Positions 1-8,436 are shown, counted from the first letter of the stretch. The stretch is DNA of 32,000 nucleotides from Erysipelotrichaceae bacterium OH741_COT-311 (GCA_003858585.1 RQZE01000009.1:30001-62000), one strand, 5' to 3'. Notes: generated from the sequence alone by a model not told the origin. Numbers and translations are program-made.

Positions 1-138
1 GTGTTTTTCAATCGCAGTATTTAAGTTGTTTACATAAGCATTGTGATGTTTACCATGATGAATTTTCATTGTCATTTCATCAATGTGTGGTTCTAATGCA
101 TTAAATGCATAAGTTAATTCTGGTAATATATATGTCAT
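1..138 (-). CDS. sodA: Fe/Mn superoxide dismutase, N-terminal 46 codons only (gene runs off the left edge)
   Basis: Open-ended, so absent from the ORF track. Reverse-strand translation from ATG (complement of 136-138) gives [46 protein letters not shown]. This matches the conserved SOD N-terminus (LPxLxY..ALEPxID..TM.IHH.KHH..YV..LN). A GGAGGAG RBS lies at complement of 145-151. Confidence 0.85.
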   Translation of the reverse strand, partial: MTYILPELTYAFNALEPHIDEMTMKIHHGKHHNAYVNNLNTAIEKH

Positions 139-216
139 AATAATCTCCTCCTAGATTGTAAAATAACTGTAACATGTTTAAAAACAGAATAAAAGTTATA
201 TGCTCAATCGATTACA

Positions 217-1290
217 TTAAGCGGTTTTCTGATTGGTAGCAGTCATTTTTAAGATTTCTTCTTTTAAGGTTTCAACAATGTGATCTTGTGCAACACGTTT
301 TACTAATTTACCTTTTTTAAATAATAATCCTTCGTTTTTACCACCTGCAATTCCAATATCCGCTCTTGATGCTTCTTGAGGACCATTGACCGGACAACCC
401 ATAATCGCAACGGAAATGTTTGCAGAAATTGTATTTAAAAAAGCTTCTACTTCGTTTACTAATGGAATCATATCATATTGGATACGTCCGCAAGTTGGAC
501 AACTGATTAAGTTAGGGATGTTATCATATAGGTCAAAACACTTTAATAATTGTTTAGCAATTTTAAGTTCTTCTACAGGGTCAGCACTTACAGAAATACG
601 CATCGTATCTCCAATGCCTTCATGTAGCAAGGTACCTAAGGCTGCACTTGATTTAATGGCACTTCCGGTAAAAGAGCCGGCTTCGGTTACACCCAAGTGC
701 AGAGGATAATTAAATGTTTCGCTTGCTAATTTATATACATCAATACATAGTTGCACTTCACTAGATTTAAACGATAGACAGATATCATAAAAATCTAAAT
801 CTTCTAAGATCTTGACATGTTTCATGGCACTTTCAATCATACCTTGGGCTGTTGGTTTTCCATACTTTGCCAAAATTTCTTTTTCTAATGATCCAGAATT
901 GATACCAATACGAATTGGGATTTTATATTCTTTACATTTATTTACAACAGCCTCTACTTTTTCTCTACTTCCAACATTTCCGGGATTTAAGCGTATTTTA
1001 TCAATGCCCATTTCAATCGCAATGAGTGCATATTCAGTGTTGAAATGAATATCAGCAACCAAAGGGATATTGGTGCGTTCTCTAATTTCTTTAATTGCAT
1101 AGGCATCCTCTTTATCTAAGACAGCCATACGAACAATTTGACAACCCGCTTGCTGAAGCTCATTGATTTGCTTTACCGTAGCCTCTACATGTTTTGTTTT
1201 AGTATTTGTCATTGACTGTATAATCACTTGATTTTGTCCACCAATTTGGATATCTCTACAAAAAATAGGTCTTGTTTTTTCTCTTTTCAT
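217..1290 (-). CDS. ispG: 4-hydroxy-3-methylbut-2-en-1-yl diphosphate synthase (MEP pathway, IspG/GcpE)
   Basis: ORF 217-1413 is IspG-like along its whole length: TIM-barrel region IQSMTNT..VRMAV..RLNPGN, and C-terminal 4Fe-4S ligands CPTCGR and GCPVNGP. Start trimmed to ATG at complement 1288-1290 (MKREKTRPIF...). The 41 upstream codons look like AT-rich leader, not protein. Confidence 0.93.
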   Translation of the reverse strand: MKREKTRPIFCRDIQIGGQNQVIIQSMTNTKTKHVEATVKQINELQQAGCQIVRMAVLDKEDAYAIKEIRERTNIPLVADIHFNTEYALIAIEMGIDKIRLNPGNVGSREKVEAVVNKCKEYKIPIRIGINSGSLEKEILAKYGKPTAQGMIESAMKHVKILEDLDFYDICLSFKSSEVQLCIDVYKLASETFNYPLHLGVTEAGSFTGSAIKSSAALGTLLHEGIGDTMRISVSADPVEELKIAKQLLKCFDLYDNIPNLISCPTCGRIQYDMIPLVNEVEAFLNTISANISVAIMGCPVNGPQEASRADIGIAGGKNEGLLFKKGKLVKRVAQDHIVETLKEEILKMTATNQKTA

Positions 1291-1383
1291 TTTTATCACC
1301 CAATTGATTATAACACAGATATATTTATAGCACTTGAAATTTAAATAGTTTATAATTATCTTATTGGAAGGAGACAGATCTTC

Positions 1384-3540
1384 TTGTTTAAGTTTAAAAA
1401 TAACAAATATCAAGGTTCTAGTGAATATTTAAAAAAAGCACTGGATTTAAGTAAACTTATTAATACACGTTATTATTACTTGATTGTAATAATTTTAATA
1501 TTGATGATTGTTATTATTGGTCGTTTATATTATGTACAAATTATTAAAAGTAAAGATTATCAATTAAAGTTAGAAGCCTATGCTTCAAGATATCAAACAA
1601 TTACAACACCAAGAGGAGAAATCATTGATCGCAATGGACTATCAGTTGTATCCAATGAACAACGATTAATTATTACTTATTTTCCATCACGTACTATTAC
1701 AGATACTAAAGAGTGGTTGCTAGCTTATAATTTTTCCAAGGATTTTTATGTTGATGATTCCGTATTAAAATCAAGAGATTTAAAAGATTTATTTATTACT
1801 ACACAAAGTCAAGCATTTAAAAACTTTGTCAAAGAGAATCAAATTGAAGAATTTAATTATATTCTTACAGATGAGTATAAAAGTATAAATGAAAGCTTAT
1901 TAACCGAAGAAGAACATCGTCTCGTTTTAAAAGGAAAACTTTCAAATCAAGATGCATATTATTTAAAACTTTCAAGAATTGATGATCATCTTTTGAAACA
2001 ATTAACACCGGAGTTAAAAAAAGTTTGGGTTGTAAAACAGAGCATGGATATGCCTAGTAGTGGACAAACAAAAATCATTAAAGAAGATGCCACTTTTAGT
2101 GAAACTGCGTTTTTAATGGAGCATAGTGAGGCCTATCCCGGCTTTGATGTACAAATTGATTGGCAAAGGGTATATCCATTCCAGAGTTCTTTTAAGGCAG
2201 TTTTAGGGAGTGTTACAAATTCTAAACAAGGATTACCAAAGGAAGACTTAGATTATTATTTAGCTTTAGGATATTCACGTAATGATAAAATAGGAAAATC
2301 TGGTATTGAGAAACAATATGAAGAATTATTAAATGGTTCAAAAGCGAAATATTCTCTTCTCTATGATGAAAATGAACAGGGTTATTTAAAAGAAGTTCAA
2401 CAAGGTTCAAAGGGATATGATTTACAATTAGCTGTAGATATGCAGTTACAGCAGTATATCGAAAAGAAAAGCACAGATATTTTAAATGAATTTAAAGAAG
2501 ATAAAAATCGTGCGTACTTTGATCGTGTTAATGTAGTGGTTCTTAAACCTAAAACAGGAGAAGTTTTAAGTATGGTTTCCATGGTTGAAATGGAAGATGG
2601 CAGTGTTGTAGATGATCCGGTTGATACCTATACCGGTGCTTATATTCCAGGGTCTATTGTAAAGGGAGCAACGTTGTATATGGGCATTAATGAAGGTGTA
2701 GTAAAACCGGGTGAAGTGATTTTGGATGCACCGGTAAAACTAAAAGGCACACCGACAAAATCCAGTTGGAGTAACTTAGGATTAATCAATGATTTAACTG
2801 CTTTATCTCGTTCAAGTAATATTTATATGCTTCATATTGCAATTCGCATGTCGGGAGGACAATATGTGTTTGATGGTCCATTATATGTGAAAGATGGTAT
2901 TTTTCAAACCTTTAGAAATTACTATTCACTATTTGGTTTAGGTGTTTTAACAGGGTTGGATGTTCCTAATGAAGCCATTGGTTATATGGGGCTTGCCAAA
3001 GAAGCCGGAAACGCTTTGGATTATGTCATTGGACAATACGACAACTATACAACATTAATGTTGGCACAATATATCGGTACTATAGCGAATAATGGTATCA
3101 AAATGAAACCGAGATTAGTAACCAAAGCATATGAGCCTAAAACAAGAGAAGTCATTTATGAAAATCCTGCAACTATCCTAAATGAAGTCGAAAATAAAGA
3201 AGCACTAAAAAGAGTACAGGAAGGATTTTACCAATGTGTCAATGCAAGTAATGGATTATGTTATGGATATCATCCAGATTTAAAACAAATAATTGCCGCT
3301 AAAACAGGAACTGCACAGGCTTATTTTACAGAAGAAATTGATGGGCAACCAATCCGAGTAGAAGCTTACAATCATTCAACCATTACGTATGCACCTTATG
3401 ATAATCCAGAATACGCCATAGCTTGTGTCATGCCAAATGGATACAATGGTAGTCAAGGACAAAGTAACTTATGCTTAAGATTAACAAATGAAATATATCT
3501 TTATTTATTTGGCTTAGCTGAAGATACTATAAATCCATAA
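1384..3540 (+). CDS. class B penicillin-binding protein (PBP2/PbpA-like transpeptidase)
   Basis: 718 aa with an N-terminal TM anchor (YYYLIVIILILMIVIIG). Transpeptidase motifs are SxxK (GSIVKG), SxN (SSN) and KTG (KTGTA). TTG start at 1384 sits 9 nt after GGAAGGAG (1367-1374). It occupies the same position as pbpA near sodA/ispG in B. subtilis. Confidence 0.9.
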   Translation: MFKFKNNKYQGSSEYLKKALDLSKLINTRYYYLIVIILILMIVIIGRLYYVQIIKSKDYQLKLEAYASRYQTITTPRGEIIDRNGLSVVSNEQRLIITYFPSRTITDTKEWLLAYNFSKDFYVDDSVLKSRDLKDLFITTQSQAFKNFVKENQIEEFNYILTDEYKSINESLLTEEEHRLVLKGKLSNQDAYYLKLSRIDDHLLKQLTPELKKVWVVKQSMDMPSSGQTKIIKEDATFSETAFLMEHSEAYPGFDVQIDWQRVYPFQSSFKAVLGSVTNSKQGLPKEDLDYYLALGYSRNDKIGKSGIEKQYEELLNGSKAKYSLLYDENEQGYLKEVQQGSKGYDLQLAVDMQLQQYIEKKSTDILNEFKEDKNRAYFDRVNVVVLKPKTGEVLSMVSMVEMEDGSVVDDPVDTYTGAYIPGSIVKGATLYMGINEGVVKPGEVILDAPVKLKGTPTKSSWSNLGLINDLTALSRSSNIYMLHIAIRMSGGQYVFDGPLYVKDGIFQTFRNYYSLFGLGVLTGLDVPNEAIGYMGLAKEAGNALDYVIGQYDNYTTLMLAQYIGTIANNGIKMKPRLVTKAYEPKTREVIYENPATILNEVENKEALKRVQEGFYQCVNASNGLCYGYHPDLKQIIAAKTGTAQAYFTEEIDGQPIRVEAYNHSTITYAPYDNPEYAIACVMPNGYNGSQGQSNLCLRLTNEIYLYLFGLAEDTINP

Positions 3541-3570
3541 TTTTTTAAATGATTCATAATGTTTAAAAGC

Positions 3571-3600
3571 TTGCTTATTATACTGATTTTGGTGTATGAT
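3571..3600 (+). promoter_or_regulatory. candidate sigma-A promoter for the lipoprotein gene
   Basis: TTGCTT (3571-3576), 18 nt spacer, TATGAT (3595-3600), about 25 nt upstream of the ATG at 3626. Confidence 0.35.
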
Positions 3601-3625
3601 GGTACAGTATAAAAGGAGATATACA

Positions 3626-4315
3626 ATGAAAAACACATTAAAAAAATTTACATTATTGCTTGTTGCAGTTGCTCTTGTTGGGTGTACAAATCAGAAGAAA
3701 GCAGAATTGACAACAGTAGCGAATACACAAGTAGAAACAACAACGACAACAGCTGAAACAACAACTACGACAGAAGCGACAATGTCAAATGTAAATTTAG
3801 GTGATAAATATGTTGATTTAGATAAACGCAGTTTTGCAATTAATGATAAAATATATGTTCTTGGAGAACATACATTACAAGACTTGATTGATGATGGTGT
3901 GCCTTTTAATCAAGACGATTTGGCGAATGTTGGAAATAACCTGAATGACAGTACTATTTCAGAAGCGTTTCGTGTTACTGTTTCGGATGGGAATTCTGTA
4001 TATATTTCCGTTGTTAACACAACAGGAAGCAATCAAAAAATAGCAGATTGTAAAATTGCCAATGTTTATGTACCGGCTGTTCAAAATATAGCGGGAAGTA
4101 TGTTTTCATTTGCATTCCCTCATGATTTAACAGAAGAAGCATTACGTCAACAAGCTGGTGAACCTACAAAATACAATGAATATGTAGATGGTGATTTTGT
4201 ATTACATACATTGGAGTATAAAGTATCTTCTGAAAAATATTTAAAAGATACAGGATATTCTTTTGAATTTGTTAAAGGAAAATTAAATAGCGTTACAATT
4301 AACTGGATTGATTAG
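3626..4315 (+). CDS. hypothetical lipoprotein with Thr-rich linker
   Basis: Start trimmed to ATG 3626, which follows the AAAGGAG RBS. Signal peptide MKNTLKKFTLLLVAVALVG|C carries the lipobox LVGC. A Thr-rich linker (TTTTAETTTTTEAT) follows, then a ~170-aa domain I cannot assign to a family. Confidence 0.7.
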   Translation: MKNTLKKFTLLLVAVALVGCTNQKKAELTTVANTQVETTTTTAETTTTTEATMSNVNLGDKYVDLDKRSFAINDKIYVLGEHTLQDLIDDGVPFNQDDLANVGNNLNDSTISEAFRVTVSDGNSVYISVVNTTGSNQKIADCKIANVYVPAVQNIAGSMFSFAFPHDLTEEALRQQAGEPTKYNEYVDGDFVLHTLEYKVSSEKYLKDTGYSFEFVKGKLNSVTINWID

Positions 4316-4343
4316 TATTATTATTTTGTATAAATGATAAAAG

Positions 4344-4379
4344 TGACTAAATTACTGTTTTTATTTAGTTGCTTTTTTA
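4344..4379 (+). terminator. intrinsic terminator after the lipoprotein gene
   Basis: Stem GTGACTAAAT (4344-4353) pairs with ATTTAGTTGC (4364-4373), including two G-U pairs. The loop is 10 nt and a T-run follows at 4374-4379. Confidence 0.55.
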
Positions 4380-4489
4380 TTTTCTAATATATTATAATCA
4401 CTATAGTTGGAATATATATTAGGTAAAAGCTATAGCATTTTCAACAATAATATGATATTATAGTTAAGCTATTATAGGAGGAATTATCA

Positions 4490-4639
4490 ATGAGAGACGA
4501 TATTACATTTAAATGTACTGAATGTGGTGAAGAAAACTATATTGGTACTCGTAACAAACGTAAACATCCAGAAAAAATGGAAATCAAAAAATATTGCCCA
4601 AGATGTAACAAGAAAACTGTTCATAAGGAGAAAAAATAA
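4490..4639 (+). CDS. rpmG: 50S ribosomal protein L33 (zinc-ribbon form)
   Basis: Absent from the ORF track (49 aa). Sequence is [50 protein letters not shown]33 signature is present, with CxxC...CxxC zinc ligands. A TAGGAGG RBS lies 7 nt upstream of ATG 4490. Confidence 0.92.
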   Translation: MRDDITFKCTECGEENYIGTRNKRKHPEKMEIKKYCPRCNKKTVHKEKK

Positions 4640-4657
4640 GCCCAAAAAGGCTTTTTT
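4638..4657 (+). terminator. weak intrinsic terminator or attenuating hairpin after rpmG
   Basis: AAGCC (4638-4642) pairs with GGCTT (4649-4653), with a 6-nt loop and a following T-run. The stem is only 5 bp, and the next ATG is at 4663, so read-through is probably substantial. Confidence 0.35.
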
Positions 4658-4662
4658 AAATT

Positions 4663-5259
4663 ATGGAAATAAAATCATTAGTTAGTGGGAGTTTTCAAAC
4701 AAACACCTATATTTTAGTAAAAGACCAGCAAGCTATTTTAATTGATCCAACTGGTAAAAAAGAAAAAATTATTGAAGCTTTACATGGAGTTAAAGCCATA
4801 GCGATTTTATTAACACATGGTCATTTTGATCATATTGGATGTGTGGATGATTTAAGCACTTTTTATCAATGTGATGTGTATTTACATGATAACGATAAAG
4901 AATTGGCTCGTAGTAGTCATTTAAATCGTTTAGGGAATATTTCTGCTTCTATTTCTGTAGCGACTAAACGTTTAAAAGAAGGTCCTCTTACGATTGGTCC
5001 ATTTCACTTTGATGTATACTTTACTCCAGGTCATACAGCAGGCTCTGTGTTATTTGCGATTGATGAACATCTTTTTGTTGGAGATGTAATCTTTCAAGGA
5101 TCAATTGGTCGTACTGATTTATATAGTGGAAATGCTTCATTAATGAAACAAAGCTTAAAATTTATAAAGACATTAAATGAAGACTACATTTTATATCCTG
5201 GACATGGTCCAACGACTACTTTGAAAGAAGAATTACAATATAATCCATTTTTAAGATAA
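4663..5259 (+). CDS. MBL-fold metallo-hydrolase (YqgX/GloB-like)
   Basis: 198 aa with the HxHxDH motif (THGHFDH). Downstream His and Asp ligands are present (TPGHTAGS, GDVIF, PGHG). Confidence 0.85.
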   Translation: MEIKSLVSGSFQTNTYILVKDQQAILIDPTGKKEKIIEALHGVKAIAILLTHGHFDHIGCVDDLSTFYQCDVYLHDNDKELARSSHLNRLGNISASISVATKRLKEGPLTIGPFHFDVYFTPGHTAGSVLFAIDEHLFVGDVIFQGSIGRTDLYSGNASLMKQSLKFIKTLNEDYILYPGHGPTTTLKEELQYNPFLR

Positions 5260-5279
5260 CATTTGTTATCTTTTTTTTT
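5255..5279 (+). terminator. intrinsic terminator between the MBL gene and comGA
   Basis: GATAAC (5255-5260) pairs with GTTATC (5265-5270), with a 4-nt loop and a 9-T run (5271-5279). The stop codon TAA (5257-5259) lies inside the stem. Confidence 0.55.
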
Positions 5280-5325
5280 AGATTTTTTCAATGAATTCTC
5301 TATAAAAGGATGTAGGGAGAAAGAT

Positions 5326-6303
5326 ATGATAAATCGACTTGAAGAATTATTGGAATTAGCTCTAGATGCTAAGGCAAGTGATGTTCATTTTACAATTAAA
5401 GATGAAGAAATGACTATTGAATTACGTGTCAATGACAAAATGAAATCCATACCAACAAAGAAAGAGGATAGTAGGTTATTAAGATATTTACAATATCGTG
5501 CCAATCTTGATATTGGAGATAATATTAAGCCACAAACAGGGAGTTTTCATATGTTTGTAAACGATCATCATTTATCTTTAAGATTTGCATTAATTAAAAG
5601 TTTGTATATCACAAGTGGTGTGTTAAGAATCTTAAATCGAAACTTAAAACTCAACATTGATCATTTAATTAAGTTTAAAGAACAAAAGATACAAATGAAA
5701 AAAATGATGAATAGTCGTAGTGGATTAATTATTTTTTCAGGGCCAACAGGCAGTGGAAAGACAACTACCCTTTATACGTTATTAAATGGTATCTGTCATA
5801 AAAAAATTTATACCATTGAAGATCCTATTGAAATCTATACCCATAAGTTTGTACAACTTCAAGTGAATGAAGGAATTAATTTTACTTATGATGTAGGGAT
5901 AAAACAAGTATTAAGACATGATCCGGATATTATTATGATAGGTGAAATCCGCGATGAGGTAGCTGCCAATATGGCAATTAGGTGTGCATTGACGGGTCAT
6001 TTGGTTGTTACTAGTCTTCATGCTTCTAGCTGTAGTAGTGCGATACAACGTATGTTGGAGTTAAATGTAAATCCTACTCAGTTAAAAGATGTACTCATTG
6101 GGATTACAAATCAAAGATTATATTCTGGAATAGATGCTACCAAGAAAATAAATGTATATGAAATTATGGAAAGAAAGGATATCGAGTATTATTTTGAGAA
6201 TCAAAAACTTCCTGATGAATACAAAAATTTACAATATTATATTCAAAAGTCCATTCATCAAAAATATATTAGTGTTAAAAAAGCCAAACAAGATCTTTCT
6301 TGA
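5326..6303 (+). CDS. comGA: competence pseudopilus assembly ATPase ComGA (type IV pilus/T2SS GspE family)
   Basis: Walker A GPTGSGKTTT, Asp box and Walker B (DPDIIMIGEIRD), His box (TGHLVVTSLHA). The N-terminus MINRLEELLELALDAKASDVHF aligns with the B. subtilis ComGA start. Start trimmed to ATG 5326, which follows the AGGGAGA RBS. Confidence 0.9.
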   Translation: MINRLEELLELALDAKASDVHFTIKDEEMTIELRVNDKMKSIPTKKEDSRLLRYLQYRANLDIGDNIKPQTGSFHMFVNDHHLSLRFALIKSLYITSGVLRILNRNLKLNIDHLIKFKEQKIQMKKMMNSRSGLIIFSGPTGSGKTTTLYTLLNGICHKKIYTIEDPIEIYTHKFVQLQVNEGINFTYDVGIKQVLRHDPDIIMIGEIRDEVAANMAIRCALTGHLVVTSLHASSCSSAIQRMLELNVNPTQLKDVLIGITNQRLYSGIDATKKINVYEIMERKDIEYYFENQKLPDEYKNLQYYIQKSIHQKYISVKKAKQDLS

Positions 6304-7273
6304 TTTAGATGATCTTAAAGAAATCAACGAATTATTGGAAAGTGGTTTTAGTTTTAAAGATACACTTGATTTATTAAAAACAGTAAAGACAAGTAACATT
6401 ATTCATGAGATGGAAGAAAAGATTAATGAAGGAAAATCATTAGATCAATTTTTCGGAGGGTATTGTAAACGATATATTCAGAGTTATTTTAATAGTTTTG
6501 CTAAATATTTACCTTTTAAGCAAGCCTTATCCATCACCATTAAGGTTATTGATCACCAACGTAAGCAAATACATACTTTTATTAAAACGCTCGCTTATCC
6601 ATTAAGTATGTTTCTTTTGTCAATCATTGGTTTATATATATTTAATTTATACTTTTTTCCAAGTTTGATTAGGATGTTAAAAGGGTTTCAAGTTTCTTCT
6701 AAAAACTATCTTTTACTTTCTAGTGTCATTCATGGTGTGATTACGTTCTTCTTTCTTTGTTTATTAGCTATTCTTATTTTTCTTATCTATGTTGTAAAAC
6801 AGAAAAAAGTAGTCTTTATGTATGTTGTGTTATGCACATATACGAAAAATAAATTGCTAAAACGATATTTATCAAATGAGTTTGTAATCTTTTTTAAAGA
6901 ATGTTTACATCAAGGCTTAAAATCCAAACAAGCGCTTGATGTGTTAAAAAGCTGTCATATGAAGCCTTTATTAGTCTTTCAAAGTTATCATATTGATAAG
7001 ATGTTACTGGAAGGCTTTCACTTACAAGAAGCCCTGAGTAATAAATTTCTTGATCAAGATTTAAGCCGATTTATGAATATAGCCATTTACTCGAATGACA
7101 TTGTTAAAATGTTAGAGGGATACTTACTAAGTAATTCCATGAAATTGCAAAAGTCATTTAAACATATCGCTAATACAATGCAGATTGTATCCTACGCTAC
7201 GGTAATATTGTTAATTATTTTTGTATTCCAAATACTATTATTACCACTTAAAATTATGGGACAAATACAATAA
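6272..7273 (+). CDS. comGB: competence pseudopilus platform protein ComGB (GspF/PilC family)
   Basis: Polytopic membrane protein with two GspF-like repeats, immediately downstream of comGA. The GTG at 6272 is chosen because MLKKPNKIFLDLDDLKEINELLESGF matches the length and pattern of the B. subtilis ComGB N-terminus. Starts at 6215 or 6152 (ATG) cannot be excluded. No clear RBS is visible for any of the three. Confidence 0.8.
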   Translation: MLKKPNKIFLDLDDLKEINELLESGFSFKDTLDLLKTVKTSNIIHEMEEKINEGKSLDQFFGGYCKRYIQSYFNSFAKYLPFKQALSITIKVIDHQRKQIHTFIKTLAYPLSMFLLSIIGLYIFNLYFFPSLIRMLKGFQVSSKNYLLLSSVIHGVITFFFLCLLAILIFLIYVVKQKKVVFMYVVLCTYTKNKLLKRYLSNEFVIFFKECLHQGLKSKQALDVLKSCHMKPLLVFQSYHIDKMLLEGFHLQEALSNKFLDQDLSRFMNIAIYSNDIVKMLEGYLLSNSMKLQKSFKHIANTMQIVSYATVILLIIFVFQILLLPLKIMGQIQ

Positions 7274-7274
7274 T

Positions 7275-7574
7275 ATGAAATTAAAAAAAGGATTTACTTT
7301 ACTTGAAATGATTATTGTCATAAGTGTATTATCCATCTTGTTTTTACTGACTGTTCCCAATATACAAAAAGTACTAAATGTTGTTGAACATAAAGGATGT
7401 AAAGCTCTTTTAAAGGTGGTCGATGCAGCTATTTTGCAATTTAAGTTAGATTATAATGAATATCCAAATGATATTAGTGATTTAGTAAATGCCAATTATC
7501 TAAGTGAAGATCAAATTGAGTGTGCTAATGATCAATCCATTTACATTGTCGACAATCAAGCATCCATTAAATAA
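7275..7574 (+). CDS. comGC: major competence pseudopilin ComGC
   Basis: MKLKKG|FTLLEM class III (prepilin) signal with Glu at +5, plus a hydrophobic helix. Two Cys residues (KGCKAL, IECAND) sit as in B. subtilis ComGC. ATG 7275 lies 1 nt after the comGB stop. Confidence 0.88.
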   Translation: MKLKKGFTLLEMIIVISVLSILFLLTVPNIQKVLNVVEHKGCKALLKVVDAAILQFKLDYNEYPNDISDLVNANYLSEDQIECANDQSIYIVDNQASIK

Positions 7575-7878
7575 AGGATATGCCTTAATGGAATTGTTGA
7601 TAGGTATATTCATCATTACAACACTACAGGTAATCATACTTATCAAAATTCCAAAGATGAATATGGATCATTATTACTTTAAATATGACTATTTATTAAA
7701 ACAAAGTATAGTGTTAAATGATAAACAAGAAGTAAGCATTCCATTGGATGCTTATACCATATCAGCAGAAAATATGCACTTTAATAAGATGGGGAACATT
7801 AATAGTGCCAACACATTACATTTTATGCAAAAAGACTTAGTAATACATCTTGGAGGTGGAAGAATTGAGATTAAATAA
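7528..7878 (+). CDS. comGD: minor pseudopilin ComGD-like
   Basis: In-frame prepilin motif LNKG|YALMELLIGIFIITTL with Glu at +5. The start is ambiguous. ATG 7528 and TTG 7546 keep the leader. ATG 7588 has the best RBS (AAAGGA) but would delete the cleavage motif. Confidence 0.65.
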   Translation: MINPFTLSTIKHPLNKGYALMELLIGIFIITTLQVIILIKIPKMNMDHYYFKYDYLLKQSIVLNDKQEVSIPLDAYTISAENMHFNKMGNINSANTLHFMQKDLVIHLGGGRIEIK

Positions 7879-8071
7879 AGGTTACATTGTTATGGATACA
7901 CTGTTGTTTGTTATGATTGCCATGATTATGGTTTCTTTAGTAGTCAATACAGTAACATCAAACATGACAACAACAAATGTAATTCAAACACATAAAGAAC
8001 AAATAAATGTTGAATTATATGAAGCATTAAATCATGAAGTAACATGTTTAGAAAAAAAGGAATTATCATAA
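7865..8071 (+). CDS. comGE: minor pseudopilin ComGE-like
   Basis: TTG 7865 sits 5 nt after GGAGGTGG (7852-7859) and gives MRLNKG|YIVMDTLLFVMIAMIM. This is a prepilin-like leader with Asp at +5 and a TM helix. Size (68 aa) and operon position fit ComGE. Confidence 0.6.
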   Translation: MRLNKGYIVMDTLLFVMIAMIMVSLVVNTVTSNMTTTNVIQTHKEQINVELYEALNHEVTCLEKKELS

Positions 8072-8436
8072 AAGATTTATTGTTAGCAATCGCTATGTTA
8101 AGTTTCTTTCTTCCTATTGCTGTTGAAAGTTTCAAGGTGATACATAAAGTTAATGTGGATGAGCAGTTAATACAGGATGAAATTGTTTCTATACAATTAA
8201 GAAGACTACTAGCATTGTCAAGTGATCTTACAGTTTCAAATGAATTAGTGCAATTTCATTATAGTGATAAAGATTGGAAACTATATCATGTCAATGACCA
8301 TGTTATTTTAACACCAGGTGTACAGATACAATATATCGATTGTCAAGATGCTTACTTTACTGTAGAAAATAAAGTGTTACATATTCACATTTTAAGACAA
8401 GGGAATTATTATTCTTATGCTTTATCCAGAATATAA
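8044..8436 (+). CDS. comGF: minor pseudopilin ComGF-like
   Basis: MFRKKG|IIIKDLLLAIAMLSFFL N-terminus. The 130-aa size and sixth position in the operon fit ComGF. It overlaps comGE by 28 nt. Confidence 0.6.
   Translation: MFRKKGIIIKDLLLAIAMLSFFLPIAVESFKVIHKVNVDEQLIQDEIVSIQLRRLLALSSDLTVSNELVQFHYSDKDWKLYHVNDHVILTPGVQIQYIDCQDAYFTVENKVLHIHILRQGNYYSYALSRI

Noticed and set aside
386-1048. Plus-strand ORFs 386-709 and 812-1048 inside ispG
   Set aside because: They are antisense to a full-length, well-conserved IspG gene. They have no RBS and a low-complexity composition, so they are shadow ORFs.
1291-1413. N-terminal extensions offered by the ORF track (ispG 1291-1413, lipoprotein 3596-3625, comGA 5263-5325, ybeY 23881-23913, glyQS 26760-26783)
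   Set aside because: In each case an internal ATG with a proper Shine-Dalgarno sequence coincides with the conserved N-terminus of the family. The extensions are AT-rich leader sequence or use weak TTG/GTG codons.
4381-4489. Recurring TATAG / AGCTAT(T)ATAG words upstream of rpmG as a possible operator or small RNA
   Set aside because: The motifs are short and AT-rich, with irregular spacing in a ~30% GC background. No stable structure or conserved element is recognisable. The region most likely just holds the rpmG promoter.
6152-6303. 150-nt overlap of the comGB ORF with comGA as a possible programmed frameshift or fusion
   Set aside because: The overlap is just upstream open frame. Alignment of the ComGB N-terminus to B. 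subtilis ComGB supports a GTG start at 6272. No slippery heptamer or stimulatory structure is evident.
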